From contig CBDCCX010000006.1 of assembly GCA_965215165.1 (NCBI GenBank), forward strand, positions 2,286,959-2,350,958: a DNA stretch of 64,000 nucleotides, written 5' to 3'. Positions 44,120 to 53,373 of this stretch are shown here, in pieces (the first letter of the stretch is position 1; each line of letters begins with the position of its first letter). Origin of the DNA: Rhodothermales bacterium. Lineage in GTDB: Bacteria > Bacteroidota > Rhodothermia > Rhodothermales > JANQRZ01. Below the pieces are notes generated by a model. The model searched no databases, was not told where the DNA came from, and saw only the letters and a list, made by a program, of their open reading frames with translations. Position numbers and translations under genes: made by a program.

Positions 44120-45199
44120 GTGTACCGCCTTCTTCGGCCTCTTCTCTTCCGGCTCGATGCCGAGGCGGCGCACGGGGCGGCGGTGCGCGCGGCGCACCTC
44201 GGGCAGCGCGCGCCGACGCTGCTCCGGCCGTTTCGGTTCGCGGACCCGGCGCTCGGACAGCGGCTCTGGGGATGCGAGTTCGCCAACCCCGTCGGGCTCG
44301 CGGCGGGGTTCGACAAGAACGCGGCGCTCGTGCGGGCGTGGGCCGCGCTCGGGTTCGGGTTCGCCGAGGTCGGCTCGGTGACGGCGCGGCCGAGCCCAGG
44401 CAACCCGACGCCGCGCGCGTTCCGCCTGGCCGAGGACGGCGCGCTCGTCAACCGGATGGGGCTGAACAACGACGGGGCTGAGGCCGTCGCGGCGCGGCTC
44501 CGAACTGCGGCGCGCGCGATCCCGCTCGGCATCAACCTCGCCAAGACCCACGACCCGGCCGTCCTCGGCGACGCGGCGACGGAAGATTTTCTCCAGTCGT
44601 TCCGCTGGCTCGCGCCGCAGGCGGACTACGTCGCGCTCAACGTCTCGTGCCCCAACACCGCCGAAGGCAAGACTTTTGAGGAGCCGGCGGCCTTCGATGG
44701 CTTGCTCGCTGCCGTGATGCGCGAGCGCACGGCGCTCCACCTCAGCGTTCCCGTCCTCGTCAAACTCTCCCCGCCCGCCACGCCGCGCTTCGACCCTGCC
44801 CCCGTCGACGAGCTGATCGACCTGGCGCTCGGCCACGGCGTCGCGGGCTTCGTGGCGACCAACACGGCGTCCGACCGCACGGGCCTTCGCGCGGACGCGG
44901 CGCAGCTCGAGGCCATCGGGCGCGGCGGTCTCAGCGGCCGGCCCCTCGAGGCGCGCGCGACCGCCCTCGTCCGCCACCTCTATCGCCGGACCGAGGCCCC
45001 GATCATCGGCGTCGGCGGCGTGGACTCGGCCGAGGCTGCGTACCGGAAGATCCGGGCCGGCGCGTCGCTGGTCGAGGTCTACACCGGACTGGTCTATCAG
45101 GGGCCGGGGCTGGTGCGACGGATCAACCGGGGGCTGGTGCGGCTCCTGGAACGCGACGGCTTCGCCTCGGTCGGCGAGGCCGTGGGGACGGCGGCGTGA
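44120..45199 (+). CDS. pyrD: dihydroorotate dehydrogenase (quinone), class 2
   Basis: GTG 44120: (M)YRLLRPLLFRLDAEAAH...NPVGLAAGFDKN...GFAEVGSVT...NRMGLNNDG...NVSCPNT...IGVGGV...YTGLVYQGPGLV. Confidence 0.9.
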   Translation: MYRLLRPLLFRLDAEAAHGAAVRAAHLGQRAPTLLRPFRFADPALGQRLWGCEFANPVGLAAGFDKNAALVRAWAALGFGFAEVGSVTARPSPGNPTPRAFRLAEDGALVNRMGLNNDGAEAVAARLRTAARAIPLGINLAKTHDPAVLGDAATEDFLQSFRWLAPQADYVALNVSCPNTAEGKTFEEPAAFDGLLAAVMRERTALHLSVPVLVKLSPPATPRFDPAPVDELIDLALGHGVAGFVATNTASDRTGLRADAAQLEAIGRGGLSGRPLEARATALVRHLYRRTEAPIIGVGGVDSAEAAYRKIRAGASLVEVYTGLVYQGPGLVRRINRGLVRLLERDGFASVGEAVGTAA

Positions 45200-45327
45200 C
45201 CTCGTCGCCCCTACGGGCGTCGGCAAAAACGGGATGCCATTCCCGGCCAGGGCGACCACATGGGAGCGCCCCTACGGGTCGCAACGATCTCGGTACCTTT
45301 CCCACCTTGCCACCTTCCCTCTGAACC

Positions 45328-46116
45328 ATGCGTGATCGACTGCAGCGAGAGTGGGCGATGCTTCGGCGGAACGTCGGGACCGTGGACCGGCAGGCGGCGG
45401 TGGTGCTCGTGGCGGCGGCGGCGCTGGTGATCCTGCACTCGCAGCTCGGCGGCAAGGGCTTCTTCCGCGAGACCTTCGGCGCGGCGCTCGACGCGGAGGA
45501 CGCCGCGCTCGGCTCGTGGGCGTGGCGGTTCGGGATGCAGGGGCTGCTCGGGTTCGCGGTTCCGGTCGCGCTCCTGACCGTCGTTTTCAAGCGGCGGCCG
45601 GCCGAGATCGGCCTCGGGCTGGGCGACTGGCGGCTGGCGGTGCTCGTCGGCGGGCTGTACCTCCCGCTGGTGGCCGTCGGGACATGGGTGCTCTCGGCGG
45701 ACCCGGCGTTCCAGGCGCAGTATCCACACCTCCGGCTGGCCGCTGCCGACTGGCAGACGTTCGTGCTCTACGAACTCCTCTACGTCTTCTACTGGATCGG
45801 GTGGGAGTATCTGTGGCGCGGGTTCGTGCTCTTCGGCACGGCCCCGGCGGTGGGGTATCTGGCCGTCGTGGTGCAGACGGTGCCGTTTGCGATCCTGCAC
45901 ATGGGCAAGCCGCCGGCCGAGGCCTACCTCTCGGTCCTGGGCGGCCTGGCCCTCGGCGCCCTCGTGTGGCGCTGCCGGAGCTTCTGGATCGCCGTGCCGA
46001 TCCACGCGGTGCAGATGCTGCTGATCGACCTGTTCTGCACGCTCCGCCTGCGCACCGGCGCCGACGGGCTGGGGCCGGCGGCACTCGCTGAGATGCTCGG
46101 CGGCTTCGGCGGGTAA
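45328..46116 (+). CDS. CPBP-family intramembrane glutamic endopeptidase (CAAX protease-like)
   Basis: Multi-TM; WEYLWRGF (EExxxR-type motif 1) and FAILH (motif 2), HAV... (motif 3). Confidence 0.75.
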   Translation: MRDRLQREWAMLRRNVGTVDRQAAVVLVAAAALVILHSQLGGKGFFRETFGAALDAEDAALGSWAWRFGMQGLLGFAVPVALLTVVFKRRPAEIGLGLGDWRLAVLVGGLYLPLVAVGTWVLSADPAFQAQYPHLRLAAADWQTFVLYELLYVFYWIGWEYLWRGFVLFGTAPAVGYLAVVVQTVPFAILHMGKPPAEAYLSVLGGLALGALVWRCRSFWIAVPIHAVQMLLIDLFCTLRLRTGADGLGPAALAEMLGGFGG

Positions 46117-46206
46117 CGGTTCCTTCGTTTGGAAAGCTGGAGGCGATGTGTTTAATTGGGGATGGCTCCCCCTCATTCACTCCCCCTTCATTCAACGGTA
46201 CGCATC

Positions 46207-47130
46207 ATGCGCCGACTGCTACTGCTCCCGCTGCTCTTCGCTTCCGCTGCGCTCGCGCAGGAGGGAGCGGTCTCCTTCGCCGAGACCGACCAAGCCACCT
46301 ATGCCTACGGTGAGACGATCGAGCTTCGCTATACCATCTCGAACGAGAGCGACGAGGCGTTCACGCTGACGGGCAGCAATTCCTGTCAGGCCGGTTTTGA
46401 GTACGGCTCGCTCTTCTATCCGATGGTTTGCGATCTAGAAATCGTCCGTGTTGACTTTCCGCCGCACGCTTCGCGCACTTGGGTCTGGTCCCTCGTTCCG
46501 AGCGAACTGGGGGTGCCGGAGGTTAACGGGGAGCAGACGATCACTGCCTTTTGGGGTACTCCTCACGACACCCTCTTTCCAACCGAGACCACCTTTACTG
46601 CCCCAACGTATCTCGGTGGCCGCGTAATCGTCCGACTCGAAGATGGACTCATGCTCGACGATGTGCAAAACGTCTTGGATTCGCTCAACGCCGTGATTCT
46701 CAGTGGCGGAGGACCTAGGTACTCTATAGAGATCGAAGGGATTACTCTTGCTGAGGCTGTAGCCACGTATGAGTCTGACCCGCGTTTCAGAGTATTCGCG
46801 GCCTCCCGCGATCTTTCTTACACGAATGTCTTTGTCACCGATGCGGACGAGGGCGCACCCTCCCTCGGCTCACCCCGCCTCACCGCGGCCGCTCCGAACC
46901 CGTTCACGGCCTCGACCTCGTTCGCCCTCACTGTCCCCGACGCCGGCCCGGTGCGCGTCGAGGTCTACGATCTGCTTGGCCGCCGCGTGGCGGTGCTCCA
47001 CGACGGCCCGCTCTCGGCCGCCGAGCACCACTTCACGTTCACGGCGCGCACGCTGCCGGCCGGGCTCTACGTCGTCCACGCCACGGGCGAGGGCTTCGCC
47101 GAGACCCGCCGCGTCACACTCACGCGCTGA
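46207..47130 (+). CDS. secreted hypothetical protein with T9SS CTD (307 aa); paralog of 49579..50517
   Basis: Internal ATG 46207: MRRLLLLPLLFASAALAQ. N-terminal domain (ATYAYGETIELRYTISNESDEAFTL...SRTWVW) faintly reminiscent of BsuPI-type inhibitor folds. CTD APNPFTASTSFALTV...VEVYDLLGRRVAVL...AGLYVVHATGEGFAETRRVTLTR. Confidence 0.75.
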   Translation: MRRLLLLPLLFASAALAQEGAVSFAETDQATYAYGETIELRYTISNESDEAFTLTGSNSCQAGFEYGSLFYPMVCDLEIVRVDFPPHASRTWVWSLVPSELGVPEVNGEQTITAFWGTPHDTLFPTETTFTAPTYLGGRVIVRLEDGLMLDDVQNVLDSLNAVILSGGGPRYSIEIEGITLAEAVATYESDPRFRVFAASRDLSYTNVFVTDADEGAPSLGSPRLTAAAPNPFTASTSFALTVPDAGPVRVEVYDLLGRRVAVLHDGPLSAAEHHFTFTARTLPAGLYVVHATGEGFAETRRVTLTR

Positions 47131-47136
47131 GCATCT

Positions 47137-49386
47137 TCAACGGAGCACGGTGATCGGGCGCGTCTCGGTGTGCGCCCCGGCGTCGAGGCGGACGAAGTAG
47201 ACTCCGCTCGGGAGCGACGCGAGCGGGAGCACCACCTCCATCTCCCCGGCAGGCCGACGCGCGTCGGAAAGCGTGGCGACCTCGCGCCCGAGCACGTCGA
47301 AGAGCCGAAGCGTGATGCGGCTCTCCCGCGCGAGGTGGAGCGCTGCGGTGGCGGTGTGGGACGCCGGGTTCGGGAAGACCACAAACCTCGTCCGCGCTGG
47401 CTCCGGGTCGGGGCCGGTCGCAGTGCCCGGCTCCGGCGCTCCCTGGTTCTCATAGTACAGGCTCCGGAAGAACAGGTCGGTGTCGCCGTCGGCGTCGAAG
47501 TCGAGGAAGCGAGGCTCCAGCGCGCCGAGGCCCGGCCCGAAGTCCGAGGCTCCGATGAGCACGGCGGTGCGCTCCTCGAACCCGTCGGCGGTTCGGTGGA
47601 GGAGGACGATCCCGTCGAACCCCTGAAGGACGACGTCGAGCCGCCCGTCCGCGTCGAAGTCGGCCGCGTCCGCACTGTAGGTCGGGATGTCGAAGGCGGA
47701 GTCGGCCACCGGGGCGAACGCGAGCGCGCCGTCGTTGCGGAGGAGGACGGAGCGGTCGGTGGTCGTCCGCGAGAAGAGGAGGTCGAGGTCGCCGTCCTCG
47801 TCGTAGTCGAAGGGGAGGACGGAGCGGTTTCTGCCGCCGGGCCACGGGCCGGGGACCGAGGTGAACCCCGAGGCCCCGTCGTTGCGGAACACCGTAGCTA
47901 GAGCTTGCTCGTTCGCCAGCACGAGGTCGAGGTCGCCGTCGCCGTCGAGGTCGGCCGCCGCCACGTCGAGCGTCGTCGCCGGATCATCGAGGAGCGCGAC
48001 TTGGTCGAACCGCCCGCTCCCATCGTTGCGGAAGACCGGCTCGGCACCTTCCGACGGAACGACGAGATCGAGGTCGCCGTCGCCGTCGAGGTCGGCCGGC
48101 TCCAGGCCCTCGTAGCCGGCCACGCCGGCCAGTCCGGCCTCGGCCGAGATGTCCTCGAAGGTCCCGCCGCCGGTGCCCCGGAGGAGCACGGGCGCGCGTT
48201 GGCGCGAGGCGTAGCCGATGAGGAGATCGGGGACCCCATCGCCGGTGAAGTCCTCGGCGAAGGCGTCGCCGGGGAAGGGTGGCAGGTCGAGGCCCGCCGC
48301 CATCGTGACATCGACGAAGGAGCCGTCGTCCTGCTGCTCCCAGAGGGCGGCGAAGATCGGCTGCCCGTCGCCCTGCCATTCTCTGAGCAGGTCGGCGTCG
48401 CCGTCACCGTCGTAGTCGAGCGGGGTGCCGCTGAGCGAGAAGCCCTCGCCGAGCTCGCTGGAGAGGCGGCGGCGGAAGATAGGGAGTGGCGTGGTCTCGA
48501 CCGCCTGCGTGAGCGCGTTGTCGTCGGGGTCCAGGTCAGCCGGCAGGCCCACGGGGTCGAGGCGAACCGTGAGGGTGACGGGGCCGTCGAGCGAGAGCGG
48601 CGGGAGGGTCCTGGTGGTGAACTCGCCCGGCGCGAGGGGGAGGGTCTCCTCGTAGACCGACGCTGCGTCCGTCTCCAGCACGAGCCGCCCGCTGTCGGCC
48701 GCGCCGCTGAAGTTGTGCAGGGTCACCTCTGGCTCGAAGGGGAACCCGGCCGTCACGAGCGGCCCCGGCCACGCGATGTCGACTACGGCGAAGTCGCGCA
48801 CGGTGGGCCGGGCATAGGCCACGACGAGCCACTCGGCGGTCGCCGGGTTCGCCAGCCCAACCTGGTAGAAGTGCTCGAACACGACGACCTCGACGGGGCC
48901 GTGCTGCGCCAGGGCGCGGGCCGGCTCGGTCGTAGCTACGGCGTCCCACGCGGCGCGGGCGTTCTCGACCGTACTGTTCTCGTCCCAACCCGAGAGGACG
49001 GCGACCACCGTGTCGGCGACGACCGGCGGCCCGGTCTCTCCAAAGTTCGTAGAACCGGCGGAGTCCGCCGGGGCCTCGAACTCCCCCACGCCGCTCCACC
49101 ATGTCGTTGCCCGCACCAGGCGCTGCCCGGAGAGCGTGCTGAAAATCTCTGTGTACCCGAAGTCTGCCGGTGCCTCTACCCGGTAGTACAGCCCGGCCGC
49201 ACGGCGGTAGCCGGACGGGGTGAGGGTTCCTTGATACGGCTGCGTGATCCCGTAGTGGACCTCGGGCTGGAGGCTGAGAAAGTCCACCCGGAAGACGACG
49301 GTCTCCACGAGCGGCGCGTCCTGGGCCGGCGCATAGCCGGCCGTGGCGAGGAGCGTGAGGGCGATGAAAAGGAGGCGGGGGTGCAT
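47137..49386 (-). CDS. FG-GAP/VCBS-repeat protein with T9SS CTD (749 aa)
   Basis: Internal ATG (rc 49384-86): MHPRLLFIALTLLATAGYAPAQ. Many ...D(Y/L/F)DGDGD.DL... repeats. CTD FPNPASHTATAALHL...LRLFDVLGREVATL...SGVYFVRLDAGAHTETRPITVLR. Confidence 0.85.
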   Translation of the reverse strand: MHPRLLFIALTLLATAGYAPAQDAPLVETVVFRVDFLSLQPEVHYGITQPYQGTLTPSGYRRAAGLYYRVEAPADFGYTEIFSTLSGQRLVRATTWWSGVGEFEAPADSAGSTNFGETGPPVVADTVVAVLSGWDENSTVENARAAWDAVATTEPARALAQHGPVEVVVFEHFYQVGLANPATAEWLVVAYARPTVRDFAVVDIAWPGPLVTAGFPFEPEVTLHNFSGAADSGRLVLETDAASVYEETLPLAPGEFTTRTLPPLSLDGPVTLTVRLDPVGLPADLDPDDNALTQAVETTPLPIFRRRLSSELGEGFSLSGTPLDYDGDGDADLLREWQGDGQPIFAALWEQQDDGSFVDVTMAAGLDLPPFPGDAFAEDFTGDGVPDLLIGYASRQRAPVLLRGTGGGTFEDISAEAGLAGVAGYEGLEPADLDGDGDLDLVVPSEGAEPVFRNDGSGRFDQVALLDDPATTLDVAAADLDGDGDLDLVLANEQALATVFRNDGASGFTSVPGPWPGGRNRSVLPFDYDEDGDLDLLFSRTTTDRSVLLRNDGALAFAPVADSAFDIPTYSADAADFDADGRLDVVLQGFDGIVLLHRTADGFEERTAVLIGASDFGPGLGALEPRFLDFDADGDTDLFFRSLYYENQGAPEPGTATGPDPEPARTRFVVFPNPASHTATAALHLARESRITLRLFDVLGREVATLSDARRPAGEMEVVLPLASLPSGVYFVRLDAGAHTETRPITVLR

Positions 49387-49434
49387 GGGGACGGCCTCAG
49401 TGAGCGCTGAAGGCATAGTTTGTTAGGGTTGCTT

Positions 49435-49466
49435 TATTATAAGACATCGCTATTATAAGACATCGC
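49435..49466. repeat. perfect 16-bp tandem duplication in an AT-rich divergent intergenic region
   Basis: tattataagacatcgc x2 (49435-50, 49451-66). Confidence 0.85.
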
Positions 49467-49578
49467 TGCCTCCTCTCCAAGAGGCTCAGCGGCTTCGGCG
49501 GGTGATTACGGTCTGATTTGGAGCGGCCAGGTTTTTGTGTTTTATTAGAGACGGCTCCCTCCTCAAACACGCACCGCT

Positions 49579-50517
49579 ATGCGCCGACTACTCCTGCTTC
49601 CGCTTCTCTTTCTTCTCGCCCCCACCGCCTTTGCCCAAGATGGGCTTGTCTCCTCTGCGGAGACGAACAAGGCTACCTACGCCTACGGTGAGACCATCCT
49701 GTTCCGCTACACGATCACGAACGTGACCGATGAGCCGGTCCGCTTCGTGATTGGCTGTCCCAACATCCCAGCCAACATCTCCTACGGCCCCCTCCCTGGC
49801 GTCCAGCAGTGCATCACAGCAAAACTCCCGTTCCGTTTTGCGCCGCGCTCGTCCCGGACCTGGGTGTGGGAGATCATCCCCAATGTGTATGGGGTTCCGG
49901 TGTCGAGCGGGAAGCAGACGATCACGGCCGACTTCGGCGGTAGCCTTCTCCCCGCTGCGGCTTCCTTCCAGGCCCCACAGTACCTCGGCGGCCGGCTCCA
50001 GGTGGGCCTCGCCAATGGGGTAGCCCTCGCGGACGTACAAGACGTAGCGCAGGCGCTGAACGCCGTCTTGATCGAGAGAGGCTTCTACAACAGCTACCTC
50101 GTCGAGATTTCGGGGACGACGTTGGAGGACGCGATAGCCAGCTATGAGGACGACCCGCGTTTCCGCTATATCGAGGCTAGCCGCTCCATCTATCCCAACG
50201 GAGGCTCCCCGCCTATCACGACGCCGGACCCCACCTACGGCGAGGCGTCGCTCGACGCCCCCATCCTCACCGCGCCCGGCCCGAACCCGTTCACGACCTC
50301 GACCTCGTTCGCGCTCACCGTTCCGACGGCCGGGCCAGTGCACGTCGAAGTGTACGATCTGCTCGGCCGCCGCGTGGCGACGCTCCACGACGGGCCGCTC
50401 TCGGCTGCCGAGCACCACTTCACGTTCACGGCGCGCACGCTGCCGGCCGGGCTCTACGTCGTCCGCGCCTCGGGCCAGGGCTTCTCCAAAACTCGGCGCG
50501 TCACACTCGCCCGGTGA
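49579..50517 (+). CDS. secreted hypothetical protein with T9SS CTD (312 aa); paralog of 46207..47130
   Basis: MRRLLLLPLLFLLAPTAFAQ; collinear with 46207..47130 (ATYAYGETILFRYTITNVTDEPV...SRTWVW...). A 58-nt stretch in the CTD is identical (50407-50464 = 47020-47077). Confidence 0.75.
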   Translation: MRRLLLLPLLFLLAPTAFAQDGLVSSAETNKATYAYGETILFRYTITNVTDEPVRFVIGCPNIPANISYGPLPGVQQCITAKLPFRFAPRSSRTWVWEIIPNVYGVPVSSGKQTITADFGGSLLPAAASFQAPQYLGGRLQVGLANGVALADVQDVAQALNAVLIERGFYNSYLVEISGTTLEDAIASYEDDPRFRYIEASRSIYPNGGSPPITTPDPTYGEASLDAPILTAPGPNPFTTSTSFALTVPTAGPVHVEVYDLLGRRVATLHDGPLSAAEHHFTFTARTLPAGLYVVRASGQGFSKTRRVTLAR

Positions 50518-50520
50518 GGC

Positions 50521-50982
50521 TCAGCGCGAGTAGCGGCTCACGGTATGGCCCCCGACGCGGTTGCGGAGCAGCGCGTCGAGGCTGAACCGCCCGGCCCCTG
50601 TCAGCAGCAGCGTCAGGGCGATGGTCCCGTAGAGAAACGCCATCTCCTTGTCCGAGAACGGGTCCGCGCCGTGCTGGAGGAAGAAGGCGACGCCCATCGT
50701 GAAGAGGACGAAGAACGCCGCCGGCCGCGTCAGCAGGCCCACTGCCAGGCACAGCCCGCCCGCGAACTCGGCGAGGCCGGCCGCCCACGCGAACAGGCCC
50801 GGAGCCGGAAACCCGAGGCCGGCCGTCAGCTCGACGAAGCCGGGCGCGGGCGGGATCTTGCCGATCCCGTGGGCGAACGCGAGCGCGAGGCCGGCCATCA
50901 GCCGGAGCACGAGGAGGCCGGCATCGGCCACGGCGTCCGCGCCGCCGGCCCCGCCGATCAGAAAAGGGTGGTAGCGTTTCAT
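50521..50982 (-). CDS. DoxX-family membrane protein
   Basis: Internal ATG (rc 50980-82): MKRYHPFLIGGAG...LRLMAGLALAFAHG..K...; four TM helices; ...LLLTGAGRFSLD... DoxX pattern. Confidence 0.75.
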   Translation of the reverse strand: MKRYHPFLIGGAGGADAVADAGLLVLRLMAGLALAFAHGIGKIPPAPGFVELTAGLGFPAPGLFAWAAGLAEFAGGLCLAVGLLTRPAAFFVLFTMGVAFFLQHGADPFSDKEMAFLYGTIALTLLLTGAGRFSLDALLRNRVGGHTVSRYSR

Positions 50983-51084
50983 CGGGTGCGAGGGTGATAG
51001 GAAAGGGGGGAAAGCTAGCCCCGCCACCCTTCACGCAAAACCCCCGCCCGAGGTTCACGCAGCCGCCTTCGCCTCAACGCCCCA

Positions 51085-52095
51085 TCAATGCACCACCGCC
51101 ACGCGGCGCACTGCCTCGGCTCCAGCGTCGCCGCGCAGCCGGAGCAGGTACGGCCCCGCCGGCAGCCCGGCCACTCCGACGGATACGGCGTGCGGCCCGG
51201 CGGCCTGTCGCCCCGCCTCCACCGTGCGGACGCGCCGGCCGAGCAGGTCCACCACCTCCAGCGTCACCGTTTGGGGAGCGTCCAGCACGTACTGCACCGT
51301 CACGGCCTCGTGTGCCGGGTTCGGGAAGACGGCCGTGAAGCCGGACGCAGCAGGGACCGGAGCCTCGCCCTCGCCCGCCACGGGAAACTCGAAGAGGGCC
51401 TCACCGATCTCTTCCTCCCCGACGCGGGCGTACACGAGGGTTTCGGAGAAATCGCCTACTTCCTTGTTTTCTGAACCCACAGCCCCGACCCCGGCGACGG
51501 AGGTGACGGTACCGGACATGTCGCCGAAGACCTTCTCCGTGTCGCCCAGCCCCTCGAAGCCCACGCCGTAGGCCCCGCTGACGCCATAGACACCGGACCC
51601 GAACGCCCCGCAGTCTCGCGCGTCGGGTTCGCTGAACGCCGCGTCGAGGGGGCACGGCACAGCGGAAACGATGAAGGGGAGATAGTCGCTTGCGTGGTAC
51701 AGCTCGAACGAGGGCGTGCCCTGGGCGTCTTCGACGCGGCGCAACACAGCCCGGGCGTCCTCGTCGTAGCGGACCGGGAACGGGGCGTCGCAGACCACGG
51801 TCCCGCTCCCGTCGAAGCCCTCGCGCTCGCAGCGGAGGGCGAGGACGTACGCCTCGCCGTCGATCTCGGTCTCCCCGATAAGCTCCGTCCCGTGCTCGTA
51901 GGGTGGCCCGAACCGGCTGCTTGCCTGATACTGCCAGACGTTCCCGACGGCGAGCGGCGCGTAGCGGTGCCAGTCTGTCGTGTCGGGGCAGACCTCGCCT
52001 TCGCCGACGGACGCCGGGTCGCAGGGCTGGGCGGTGGCGGGGCCGCAGAAGAGGAACAGGAAAAGCGCGGGAGCGAGTCGCATAGCGTCCCTCAT
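51085..52095 (-). CDS. secreted hypothetical protein with T9SS CTD (332-336 aa)
   Basis: Signal peptide (MRDA)MRLAPALFLFLFCGPATAQ. CTD FPNPAHEAVTVQYVL...LEVVDLLGRRVRTV...AGPYLLRLRGDAGAEAVRRVAVVH. Confidence 0.75.
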   Translation of the reverse strand: MRDAMRLAPALFLFLFCGPATAQPCDPASVGEGEVCPDTTDWHRYAPLAVGNVWQYQASSRFGPPYEHGTELIGETEIDGEAYVLALRCEREGFDGSGTVVCDAPFPVRYDEDARAVLRRVEDAQGTPSFELYHASDYLPFIVSAVPCPLDAAFSEPDARDCGAFGSGVYGVSGAYGVGFEGLGDTEKVFGDMSGTVTSVAGVGAVGSENKEVGDFSETLVYARVGEEEIGEALFEFPVAGEGEAPVPAASGFTAVFPNPAHEAVTVQYVLDAPQTVTLEVVDLLGRRVRTVEAGRQAAGPHAVSVGVAGLPAGPYLLRLRGDAGAEAVRRVAVVH

Positions 52096-52178
52096 CGGTT
52101 GGTTACGCTTCTATATACAACGAACAGCCTACCCACGCAAGCACAGGGGGGTATTTTCCAGCGTCTCCTCTGCCCGTC

Positions 52179-53213
52179 ATGGCTGCTCCCTCTCCCCTTC
52201 TTCTCGGCATCGAATCGTCGTGCGACGACACGGCGGCGGCGGTCGTGGCGGGCGGCGTGCTGCGGTCGAGCGTGGTGTCGAGCCAGGCGGAGCATGCGGC
52301 GTTCGGCGGGGTCGTGCCGGAGCTGGCGAGCCGGGCGCACCAACGATTGATCGTGCCCGTGGTGGAGGCGGCGCTCGCCGAAGCGGGCGTCGGCAAGGGC
52401 GACCTCGACGCCGTCGCGGTGACGTACGGGCCGGGGCTGGCCGGGTCGCTGCTGGTCGGGCTGTCGTTTGCGAAGGCGCTCGCGCTCGGGCTGGGCATTC
52501 CGCTCGTCGGGGTGAACCACCTCGAGGGGCACCTCTACTCGGTGTTCATCGAAGCCCCGCACCCGCCGCTGCCGTACCTCTGCCTGACAGTCTCCGGCGG
52601 ACACACGCAGCTCGTCCTGGTGCGCGACGGCTTCCGGCACGACGTCCTCGGGACGACGCGCGACGACGCGGCGGGCGAGGCGTTCGACAAGGTGGCGAAG
52701 ATGCTCGGCCTCGGCTACCCCGGCGGCCCGGCCATCGACCGCCTCGCCGAGACCGGTGACGACCGCTTCCAGGACTTCCCCCGGACCCGGCTCGGCGGGG
52801 CGGACGGCCCGTTCGACTTCTCGTTCAGCGGGATCAAGACGGCCGTGCTCTACTACCTCAACCGCTTCTCCCCGTCCGAGCGCGAGGCGCTGCTGGCCGA
52901 GCACCGGCCCGACCTCGCGGCGTCGTTCCAGACGGCCGTCGTGGAGGTGCTCGTCGGGGCGCTGCGCGATGCGGCGCGCGCGCGCGGCGTCGAGGCCGTT
53001 GCGGTCGTCGGTGGGGTCTCGGCCAACCGGCAGCTCCGACGCGAGGCCGAGGCGATGGCCGACGCCGAGGGCCTGCGCCTGTTCGTCCCGAAGCCGGCGT
53101 ACTCGGTGGACAACGCGGCGATGATCGCGGTGACGGGGCATATCAAGTGGGCCGCCGGCATCGAGAGCCCGCTCTCGCTCTCGGCCGTGCCGAGCCTGGC
53201 TGTCTCAGCCTGA
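52179..53213 (+). CDS. tsaD: tRNA N6-adenosine threonylcarbamoyltransferase TsaD
   Basis: ...LLGIESSCDDTAAAVV...GGVVPELASRAH...VTYGPGLAGSLLVG...VNHLEGH...VSGGHT...DDAAGEAFDK...YPGGP...GGVSAN. Confidence 0.95.
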   Translation: MAAPSPLLLGIESSCDDTAAAVVAGGVLRSSVVSSQAEHAAFGGVVPELASRAHQRLIVPVVEAALAEAGVGKGDLDAVAVTYGPGLAGSLLVGLSFAKALALGLGIPLVGVNHLEGHLYSVFIEAPHPPLPYLCLTVSGGHTQLVLVRDGFRHDVLGTTRDDAAGEAFDKVAKMLGLGYPGGPAIDRLAETGDDRFQDFPRTRLGGADGPFDFSFSGIKTAVLYYLNRFSPSEREALLAEHRPDLAASFQTAVVEVLVGALRDAARARGVEAVAVVGGVSANRQLRREAEAMADAEGLRLFVPKPAYSVDNAAMIAVTGHIKWAAGIESPLSLSAVPSLAVSA

Positions 53214-53373
53214 CACGCGCAGGGTCAGAGGAGCCTTCAGGGCGGTGTGGTGGAACGCTGACCGTGATATCGCCCGTCGCTGAACGGTGTCCGCAGCCGG
53301 GCAGGGTTTGTGCAATGGAAACCAGCGCGGTGCGCCGGGAGTGTTGCCGGCTCCTCCCACCGCCTCGCCCTCT

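Noticed and set aside
41423-45199. 1258-aa plus-strand ORF
   Set aside because: It is an off-frame read-through of the 40875-44042 gene (Arg/Pro-rich). Only the terminal 359 codons from GTG 44120 are PyrD.
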